IMG/VR virus record: IMGVR_UViG_3300048031_000576
Location: 1-57,051 of that record
DNA: 57,051 bases
Strand: one strand, 5' to 3'
Source of the DNA: a virus
Taxonomy: Duplodnaviria; Caudoviricetes
Both the position numbers and the translations under genes were made by a program. Each line of letters opens with the position of its first letter. Positions within the stretch are counted from its first letter, which is position 1. Shown here piece by piece: positions 9,460 to 17,300 of the stretch. Under the pieces are notes generated by a model that was given only the letters and a program-made list of their open reading frames with translations, was not told the origin of the DNA and searched no databases.

Positions 9460-9667
9460 GGTTGATCTCCCACACGGCATCGTCCACGGCCCAGTACACG
9501 GCACGGTTCACGGCACGGTTCACGGCACGGTTCACGTCACCGGTCACGGCACGCCTCGCGGCAACGTGTACGTCACGGTACACGGCACGCCTCACGGCAA
9601 CGATCACGGCAACTTTCACGTCACGCCACACGGCACGGTTCACGGCACGGTTCACGGCGTTAGTCAT
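9452..9667 (-). CDS. AVxx mini-protein A10 (71 aa)
   Basis: MTNAVNR...AVWEINHD. Confidence 0.7.
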   Translation of the reverse strand: MTNAVNRAVNRAVWRDVKVAVIVAVRRAVYRDVHVAARRAVTGDVNRAVNRAVNRAVYWAVDDAVWEINHD

Positions 9668-9863
9668 GGTTGACCTCCCACACGGCATCGTCCACGGCCC
9701 AGGACACGGCACCGTCCACGGCACGGTACACGGCACCGGTCACGGCACGCCTCGCGGCAACGTGTACGTCACGGTACACGGCACCGTTCACGGCAACGAT
9801 CACGGCAACTTTCACGTCACGCCACACGGCACGGTACACGGCCCAGGACACGGCGTTAGTCAT
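9660..9863 (-). CDS. AVxx mini-protein A9 (67 aa)
   Basis: MTNAVSW...AVWEVNHD. Confidence 0.7.
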   Translation of the reverse strand: MTNAVSWAVYRAVWRDVKVAVIVAVNGAVYRDVHVAARRAVTGAVYRAVDGAVSWAVDDAVWEVNHD

Positions 9864-10059
9864 GGTTGATCTCCCTCACGGCAACGTGTACGCCACGCCA
9901 CACGGCATCGTCCACGGCTTCGTCCACGGCACGGTACACGGCAAGGTACGCGGACCACGACCCGGCACGCCTCACGGCAAGGTACACGGCCCAGGACACG
10001 GCAAGGTACACGGCATCGTCCACGGCACGCCTCGCGGCACGGTTCACGGCGTTAGTCAT
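9856..10059 (-). CDS. AVxx mini-protein A8 (67 aa)
   Basis: MTNAVNR...AVREINHD. Confidence 0.7.
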   Translation of the reverse strand: MTNAVNRAARRAVDDAVYLAVSWAVYLAVRRAGSWSAYLAVYRAVDEAVDDAVWRGVHVAVREINHD

Positions 10060-10231
10060 GGTTGATCTCCCTCACGGCAACGTGTACGCCACGCCACACG
10101 GCATCGTCCACGGCATCGTCCACGGCAGCGTCCACGGCATCGTCAACGGCATCGTCAACGGCACGGTACACGGCAAGGTACACGGCAGCGTACACGGCAC
10201 GGTTCACGGCACCGTACACGGCGTTATTCAT
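10052..10231 (-). CDS. AVxx mini-protein A7 (59 aa)
   Basis: MNNAVYG...AVREINHD. Confidence 0.7.
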   Translation of the reverse strand: MNNAVYGAVNRAVYAAVYLAVYRAVDDAVDDAVDAAVDDAVDDAVWRGVHVAVREINHD

Positions 10232-10415
10232 GGCTGACCTCCCACACGGCACGGTTCACGGCACGGTTCACGGTCCAGTACACGGCACCGTCAACGGCAG
10301 CGTCAACGGCAACGTGTACGCCACGCCACACGGCATCGTCCACGGCAGCGTCCACGGCATCGTCAACGGCATCGTCAACGGCACGGTACACGGCAAGGTA
10401 CACGGCGTTAGTCAT
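10224..10415 (-). CDS. AVxx mini-protein A6 (63 aa)
   Basis: MTNAVYL...AVWEVSHE. Confidence 0.7.
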   Translation of the reverse strand: MTNAVYLAVYRAVDDAVDDAVDAAVDDAVWRGVHVAVDAAVDGAVYWTVNRAVNRAVWEVSHE

Positions 10416-10647
10416 GGTTGATCTCCCTCACGGCAACGTGTACGCCACGCCACACGGCATCGTCCACGGCATCGTCCACGGCAGCGTCCACGGCATCGTC
10501 AACGGCATCGTCAACGGCATCGTCAACGGCACGGTACACGGCAAGGTACACGGCATCGTCAACGGCCCAGTACACGGCACGGTCCACGGCACCGTCAACG
10601 GCAGCGTCAACGGCCCACCACACGGCACCGTACACGGCGTTAGTCAT
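10408..10647 (-). CDS. AVxx mini-protein A5 (79 aa)
   Basis: MTNAVYG...AVREINHD. Confidence 0.7.
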   Translation of the reverse strand: MTNAVYGAVWWAVDAAVDGAVDRAVYWAVDDAVYLAVYRAVDDAVDDAVDDAVDAAVDDAVDDAVWRGVHVAVREINHD

Positions 10648-10882
10648 GGTTGATCTCCCTCACGGCAACGTGTACGCCACGCCACACGGCATCGTCCACG
10701 GCATCGTCCACGGCATCGTACACGTCAAGCCTCACGGCATCGTTCACGGCACGGTTCACGGCAAGGTACACGGCCCAGGACACGGCATCGTTCCCGGCAA
10801 GGTACACGGCCCAGGACACGGCACGGTTCACGGCAAGGTACACGGCCCAGGACACGGCTTCGTTCACGGCATCTTTAGTCAT
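10640..10882 (-). CDS. AVxx mini-protein A4 (80 aa)
   Basis: MTKDAVNE...AVREINHD. Confidence 0.7.
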   Translation of the reverse strand: MTKDAVNEAVSWAVYLAVNRAVSWAVYLAGNDAVSWAVYLAVNRAVNDAVRLDVYDAVDDAVDDAVWRGVHVAVREINHD

Positions 10883-11034
10883 GGTTGATCCTCCCGCACG
10901 GCATCGTTCACGGCATCGCTCACGGCACCGTACATGGCACCGGACACGGCCCCCCACACGGCCCAGGACACGGCTTCGAACACGGCATCGGACACGGCAA
11001 ACCACACGGCTTCGCTCACGGCATCTTTAGTCAT
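10879..11034 (-). CDS. AVxx mini-protein A3 (51 aa)
   Basis: MTKDAVSEAVWF...AVREDQP; ends in an ATGA overlap. Confidence 0.65.
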   Translation of the reverse strand: MTKDAVSEAVWFAVSDAVFEAVSWAVWGAVSGAMYGAVSDAVNDAVREDQP

Positions 11035-11114
11035 GGTTGATCCTCCCGCACGGCATCGTTCACGGCATCGCTCACGGCCCAGTACACGGCATCGATCACG
11101 GCATCTTTAGTCAT
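11031..11114 (-). CDS. AVxx mini-protein A2 (27 aa)
   Basis: MTKDAVIDAVYWAVSDAVNDAVREDQP; ends in an ATGA overlap. Confidence 0.6.
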   Translation of the reverse strand: MTKDAVIDAVYWAVSDAVNDAVREDQP

Positions 11115-11319
11115 GGTTGACCTCCCGCACGGCTTCGTCCACGTCACGGTACACGGCATCGTTCACGGCCCAGTACACGGCATCGATCACGGCACCGAAC
11201 ACGGCACGGTCAACGGCAGCGTCCACGGCATCGTCCACGGCCCAGGACACGTCACGGTTCACGGCATAGATCACGGCAACACCCACGGCGTGCCGCGATT
11301 GTTGTGTCTGTGTCCCCAT
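11107..11319 (-). CDS. AVxx mini-protein A1 (70 aa, leader unit with a unique N-terminus)
   Basis: AAGGA RBS; MGTQTQQSRHAVGV...AVREVNHD. Confidence 0.7.
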   Translation of the reverse strand: MGTQTQQSRHAVGVAVIYAVNRDVSWAVDDAVDAAVDRAVFGAVIDAVYWAVNDAVYRDVDEAVREVNHD

Positions 11320-11341
11320 GTTCAATTTCCTTTTCTGTCTC

Positions 11342-11377
11342 TATAGGAGGTGAGCCTCGATCTACACCCCCCTTCAC
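11342..11377 (-). promoter_or_regulatory. Putative promoter motif (copy 2) upstream of array 1
   Basis: GTGAA GGGGGGT GTAGATCGA GGCTC ACCTCCTATA. Confidence 0.6.
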
Positions 11378-11404
11378 ACAGGAAAGCCCCCCGCGTTCGT
11401 TTTC

Positions 11405-11437
11405 CGGTGACTCGTCTATACCTACGGCTGGGGTAAG
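11405..11437 (+). promoter_or_regulatory. Putative late promoter
   Basis: CGGTG actcgt CTAT N11 GGGTAAG. Confidence 0.6.
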
Positions 11438-11458
11438 GTCACCGGAGGAGCCCCCCGC

Positions 11459-12196
11459 ATGGCAGCACAGATCCGAAGCAGCATCCCTGCGAAGCCGACG
11501 ATTGACAATGCCAGTCGGGATGATCTCGTGGTTGGGGATGTGATCACGCTTGAAGCGGTGCCCCCTGCAATCGGGACAACATGGGCATGGACACTGGTTT
11601 TCGTTCCAGAGGGCAGCACTGCTGTGCTGACTCCCCCCGCTTCCGCAAGCACAGCAGGGCCGGTCACATTCACTGCTGATCTGGCTGGACCCTACCTCGT
11701 CCGGCTCACTGTGGATGCGGGACTTCCGACCGAGGACACCCAGTATGTCCGACTGAGGGCACTGACTTCTACGCTGGGGCTGAAGTTGGTGGCTGCTGGG
11801 GAACGGCGCGACTCCACGGGCGTGATCCCAGTCGATGTGGACTCTGAGGGCTGGGCCAACGAACAGAACTACAACTTCCAGCGGCTCGAAACCGCCATCG
11901 CATCGGCTGGTGGTGCTTGGTCGCTGGTGAGCGTTGCTGGGGTCACCCACACTGCCACGGATGGTGAGTTCATCGTTATCACTGCCACCACAACGGTCAT
12001 CACACTCCCTGCACCAGTGCTCAACCACCGCGTTGCATTCAAGTTGGCTGTGGTTCCCGTTGACGTGCAGGTCAAGACCAGCGGTGCTGGGGTTCTGATC
12101 GACGGCACTGACTACTCAGGGGTTGGGCTTCCCCTCACAGCACAGTGGGAGCAGTTCAACGTGATCTCGGACGGCTCAAACTGGTTCATCTTCTGA
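11459..12196 (+). CDS. Virion structural protein (Ig/PKD-like N-terminus, fibre-like C-terminus)
   Basis: WAWTLVFVPEGS...FTADLAGPYLVRLTV is PKD-like; paralog of 13810-14385. Confidence 0.7.
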   Translation: MAAQIRSSIPAKPTIDNASRDDLVVGDVITLEAVPPAIGTTWAWTLVFVPEGSTAVLTPPASASTAGPVTFTADLAGPYLVRLTVDAGLPTEDTQYVRLRALTSTLGLKLVAAGERRDSTGVIPVDVDSEGWANEQNYNFQRLETAIASAGGAWSLVSVAGVTHTATDGEFIVITATTTVITLPAPVLNHRVAFKLAVVPVDVQVKTSGAGVLIDGTDYSGVGLPLTAQWEQFNVISDGSNWFIF

Positions 12197-12203
12197 GGTT
12201 GAC

Positions 12204-13805
12204 ATGGCTTACTCCCCCACAGTTCGCAGCACCGTAGACACAGGCAATAGCACCACCGCTGCTCTTGGAGCGGCTGGTGTTTTTCCGGGTTCCTGGAACG
12301 ACATCGAAGTCTGGAACGGGATCAGTGTCATTCTCAATGGCACTGCGGCCAGCACCGCTCCCGGCACACTGGTGATGCAGTTCAGCCACGACGGGGTCAC
12401 GGTCCTCAAGGCAATCACGGTCGCGGTGGGGGACGTGGTTTCGGCCTCGCCTCGGACGTTGGGCGTCCTCGCCAAGTATTTCCGGGTGGTCTACACAAAC
12501 GGCGCACAAGCGCAGATCACGTTCAGCCTCCAGACGATGCTCCACTCGTCGCAGGTCAACCCCGTATCCCGGCTGGATGACGGTTTTGACAATGTAGACG
12601 TGACCAACGTGCGGGCTGTGCCCTCGGGCCAGCAGCCGGACGGTGACTATGTGAACGGAAAAGCGGACGGCACCGCATTCTCCGACTCGACCCCGCTGGT
12701 GGCGGGTGACACGTACAACTCCGGGTGGGTTGACGCTGACGGGTGGGTCACCATCGAGTTGTTCTTGACCTCTGACCAGTTGTCGGCGGTCAGCGGAATC
12801 TCAGTCCAGTACACCGACGACGTGCAGGGTGCCGCAACGGTACGCGCCACGGACAACTACACCTTCACACAGAACGACCTTGACCGGGGCTACCTCGCCC
12901 TGACCTTTCCGACGCGGCTCGATGGGTTTCGTATCCAGTACACCAATGGGTCCGCCCCACAGGGTTCGTTCTTCATCCAAGCGGATCTGCGGACCAACAG
13001 CAGCCCTCTTCGGACGGATTCTTCGGGGGCGTTGATCACAGGCGACTTCACCCTTGAGGTCGCGCTCGGCAACATCCCCAACCACACCAACGGCACCAAG
13101 TTCGGTGCCGTTGGGGACATCGACAACGCGGATCCTACCCCCGTCACGGTTTGGCGTGCGGGAGATAGCGGCTCTGCTTTTCGCCGCAAGACCTTCGCCA
13201 CGGTAGCCGCGAATCTCTGGGTTGCCAGTACAGACAACGCTGACACCGCTGACATCACTCTGATCATCAACGACGCGAGCAACACCCTCGTCACGGCCAC
13301 CGTGACCCTGACGGGTCAGACCCCGGTAGACACAGGGGTGAGCGCCCTCGACTGCAACACAGCCTATGTCAGTGGCAACGACCAGACGCTCGCCGGGGAT
13401 GTGTGGGTCACCAACGCGAACAACTTCGTCGTACCCGGAGTTGGCGGGGGTGTGCCGAATGACCCCACGGAAGTTCAAGCCTACATCCCGGCAGCGGACG
13501 GGCGAACCCAGCAGGCTGTGTACCGAGTCCCGGCAAACACCACCATGGTCATCCGGGAGTTCCACGCCTCAATGCTGGCGGGCACGGGACAAGCGGCGGC
13601 TAAGGTCAAAGTGCTTGTATGCAAGCCCGGTGAGTCTTGGTACACGTTGAGGCCATACCTGATGTCATCCAACTTCTCCTTAGAGCGCCCCGAACTCATC
13701 GCGCTCCCAGCGGGAACCTTCGTTGAAGTTGTGCTTGACGACGTGGCCTCAAACAACACCGACACCACGGTGATCTTCAACTATGACCTGATTGTGGGAG
13801 CATAA
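12204..13805 (+). CDS. Putative virion structural protein
   Basis: 533 aa, beta-rich composition, two internal repeats (F.G.W.D / Y.SGWVD), in the structural operon. Confidence 0.7.
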   Translation: MAYSPTVRSTVDTGNSTTAALGAAGVFPGSWNDIEVWNGISVILNGTAASTAPGTLVMQFSHDGVTVLKAITVAVGDVVSASPRTLGVLAKYFRVVYTNGAQAQITFSLQTMLHSSQVNPVSRLDDGFDNVDVTNVRAVPSGQQPDGDYVNGKADGTAFSDSTPLVAGDTYNSGWVDADGWVTIELFLTSDQLSAVSGISVQYTDDVQGAATVRATDNYTFTQNDLDRGYLALTFPTRLDGFRIQYTNGSAPQGSFFIQADLRTNSSPLRTDSSGALITGDFTLEVALGNIPNHTNGTKFGAVGDIDNADPTPVTVWRAGDSGSAFRRKTFATVAANLWVASTDNADTADITLIINDASNTLVTATVTLTGQTPVDTGVSALDCNTAYVSGNDQTLAGDVWVTNANNFVVPGVGGGVPNDPTEVQAYIPAADGRTQQAVYRVPANTTMVIREFHASMLAGTGQAAAKVKVLVCKPGESWYTLRPYLMSSNFSLERPELIALPAGTFVEVVLDDVASNNTDTTVIFNYDLIVGA

Positions 13806-13809
13806 GCAC

Positions 13810-14385
13810 ATGGCGACCGCAAGCATCCAGAATCTCCGAAATGGGATCACCCCGATCACCGACGCCAGTCGGGATGATCTGGTCGTGGGTGATGTGGTCA
13901 CCCTGTCGTCGGTCAATGCAGGCACAGCCTATCAGTGGAGCATCGCGTTCAAGCCCGAGGGTTCAACTGCGGTTTTCTCCAGCACAGGCACAGAAAGCGC
14001 CATCATTCAAAATCCAGGCACGTTCACGGCGGACAAGGACGGCTCATATCTGATCCGGCTCGCGTTTACTGACGGGACGGGAACCACGGAACAGTACGTC
14101 CGGCTTCGTGCATTGACCGCTTTTGGCGACCTCAAACTGGTCGCCGCAGGCGAGCGGTACGGCACCCTCCGAATCCCGGTGGACATTGATCCTGCGGGTT
14201 GGGCCGACGAGCAGAATTACAACCTCAACCAGATTCTCTTGCTTATCCAGGAAAGCAATAACTACTCAGGAAACACCCCCGCAGGAAACGCCACATGGGC
14301 AGCGGGCGGCGATAACACACTCACCAACGCCATCGACCGGATTGCTACGGCTGTTCAAGGGTTGCTTGGTGTCCCGATTCCGTAG
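13810..14385 (+). CDS. Virion structural protein, paralog of 11459-12196
   Basis: Shares ASRDDLVVGDV, QYVRLRALT, LKLVAAGER and GWA.EQNYN. Confidence 0.75.
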   Translation: MATASIQNLRNGITPITDASRDDLVVGDVVTLSSVNAGTAYQWSIAFKPEGSTAVFSSTGTESAIIQNPGTFTADKDGSYLIRLAFTDGTGTTEQYVRLRALTAFGDLKLVAAGERYGTLRIPVDIDPAGWADEQNYNLNQILLLIQESNNYSGNTPAGNATWAAGGDNTLTNAIDRIATAVQGLLGVPIP

Positions 14386-14395
14386 GAGGGCTTGA

Positions 14396-17300
14396 GTGCC
14401 TGTCTATCTCCCCGGACTGACCTTTGGCGGGCTTGGCTATGGTGGGGCCTCTTATGGGTACTCGCCCTACGGGTCTGGTGTCCACCCCCGGCTCCCCGTC
14501 CCTGTAGATGGGGGCTACGGTGGTGCCCCGTATGGGCTGGCTTCTTATGGGTCGGTGGACATCACCCCTCCCAGAGTCAGTGGTGCTCAGGCTCTTGATG
14601 CCTACAGGGTCGAGGTCTTTTTCAACGAAGCCATGCGCGATGACGCGGCTCTCGTTGATCCTGCGTCGTATTCCTTCGCGGCGACGTATGGCGTTGGGAT
14701 CACCAGTGTCTCCGTAGCGAAGGGCAACGTATCTGGACTCGGCTACTCTTCGGTCATCGTCACCCACACGGGATCAACGCTCGGTGGGCAGTACACGGTC
14801 ACGGTAACCGGAGTGGTGGACATCGCCGGGAACCCGGTCGGACCCCCTCCCACGGACACAGCCGTCTTCTATGCCTTCGGGGACACGGCTACCGCGACAG
14901 TCAGCCTCCCGGTTCCTGACGACGGGAGAACCGTTCAACTCGACTTCGTGAACAGCCTTGGCAGTTCACAGGACATGCTCACGGAAGTCGAGTTCTCTCC
15001 CGGCGTGGACAGCACCGCTTCCTATGGGATCAGCACGACCTACCCGGTGACCCCGACCATTGGCTCTGCCAAGCAAGACGCCACGGTGCTCTCACGGGTG
15101 CTGCTCGACGTGCATCCGATGACGAGTGCGGTCTATGGCCTGACGCTCGGACCCTCTCTCGCGTTTGACTACGACGGTTCTCTGCTGCCGGATGATGATC
15201 CCAACCTGACGGGAACGGAGATCGGCACCGGGGCCAGTGTCGCCAGTGCTCAGGGCTTGCTGCTCACCAAAGCAGCAGGGGTTCAGTACGGCTGGTCTTT
15301 CGGAGACACCTCTGGCCGGATGATCCCCGGCACGACCTACCGGGTGGATCTCAAGTATGACCTGACCGGAACCAGCATCGTCCCGGCTGTGCTGAACAGC
15401 ACCTTGTCCACGTTCTCGGTGTCTGACGGAGCGATCCAGATTGATCTGGTGATCGCTGACGTTGCCGGGAGCAAGATCATCACGATCTATTCGGGGGCAT
15501 ACTCCTCGACGGTACTGGCTTCATGGGACACGCTCGGTCAGCACACGATCACTGTCCTGCGGAATCAAAAGGGTGACTTTTACTCCGTCCTGTTTGATGG
15601 GATCCCCCTCAACTCCTTCGCGATTGCCAGTGCAACAGGGGCAGCGACGTATGCTCCGGGTGCAGCGTTTGTCTTGGGGGCCGCTCATGCTGTGACCCTG
15701 TTCAAGTTGCAGGGGGTCAAGAACACCTCCAGCACCACGCTGTTTACGGGTGCATGGAACTTCATCCACGGACTCGGCACGTCCTTCACGGGATCTGCCG
15801 TCCTCGCTAAAGACCGGATCATCACCCGGTATGGACCTCTTGTTCGGGGCTGGGGAGACAACACCCCGGCGACGAAGGAGGACGTTGAGGTACGTCTGGA
15901 CGGCGGGGTCATCGACATCGCTGGGTTGAACCCCTACGTTGGTGAGATCTACCCGACGATCCCGATCCCCCTCGCGGCGGCTGGGACGTTCACGGTTGAG
16001 ATCGACTACATCTGGTTTATGAACCCTGCGATGTCGATGGTGGGGTTGAACACCAGAGGCTTGACCCTCAATACATGGGATCGCAGCACGGGTCACACAG
16101 CGGGCGTGCCTTCTCCGACCCCTGTGGGATCAACCGGGGCAGTCAAGACCAACCGCTTCCCGATGGGTGTGGCTCTCGGCCCCTACAAGCGCGAGTCACC
16201 CAAGCAGATCGGACACAAGTACATCGGCTTCCAGAAGGGTGGGTACTCTGCCCTCCTCAATCAACCCACGACGCTGTTGCTCAACCAGAACCCCCACGCG
16301 ATCAGTGTTGGGGGGCTGAGTGCTGAGGCATTACAAGCATCGGGTGTTTTTGACGGGACGGTTGACCCCACAGCGGCACCGACTCCGTGGGTTCTTGGCG
16401 GAGTGGACACTGGGGGTCTGGTCGGTGACGGGACGTACCGTGTGGTTGATCCATCTTCGGGTCCATACGGCATCGGCACGGCGGCGATCTACACACGGGA
16501 TCTTGATCTCTCGCTGAACACTCAGGTCACGGACATCGCTCGCTTCAAGGTGGTGTCCTACACGGCAGACGGGGTGTTCACCGGGGTCGGCTTCGGACTC
16601 CATGACGGGGCGCATCTCGTCGTCGTCGGTGCCTTGATCGTAGACGGGGTTCAGCATGTCGGTGTGCTGCTCGATGGGGCGAAGACGCATTTGGAGGAGG
16701 GCTGGCAGATCGGTCCTGCTGTGGATGCCACGGCTCTGACTCAGACGACGATTCAGGTTGCCTACACGGATCTGCCGTCCGGGATTCAGTCGGGGGATCG
16801 GTTCCGCATCGCAAGCGGGTCGCAAGCCGGGGTGTACACCATCGCGGACTGTGGACTCAATCTGGATGAGGATGGGGTCTACGTCGAGATCACCCTGACG
16901 AGTGCGCTGCCGACAGACATCGGGTTGTTTGAGGCTGGTTCGTTCACGGTTCTCTTTGAGACTCCGTGGGATCAGGGCTTGATCTCGTTCCGGGTCTACT
17001 CGGAGTTCCCACAAGGCTCTGCCACGGTGTATCTGGGCGGCGCGATCTCTGGTTTGGTCGCGAGTCTCGATGAGGTGGCTCCGTATCCGGCGCAGACGGC
17101 GTTGCTGCTCCCGGCAACAGAGAAGGGCGTGGCGTTCTGGGGGAGCCTGTCCCGCAGGGCTATCTCAAACTCCATCTGGGATCTGACGCAGTACATCTCT
17201 GAGCCTGCGTTGATGGTTCAGACGGTGCAGGGAATCACAGCCCTGACGGAGATGAACACGCTCCCAGAGGATGACCCCAATGACCCGTGGTATCGCGTCG

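Larger units (their letters stand above)
9087..11319 (-). repeat. Array 1: 12 tandem translationally coupled AVxx mini-genes built from 12-nt GCCGTG-N6 units
   Basis: CACGGC recurs every 12 nt on the plus strand; the junction GCCGTG(T/A/C)GGGAG(A/G)TCAACCATGACTAA recurs every 80-240 nt. Confidence 0.95.
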
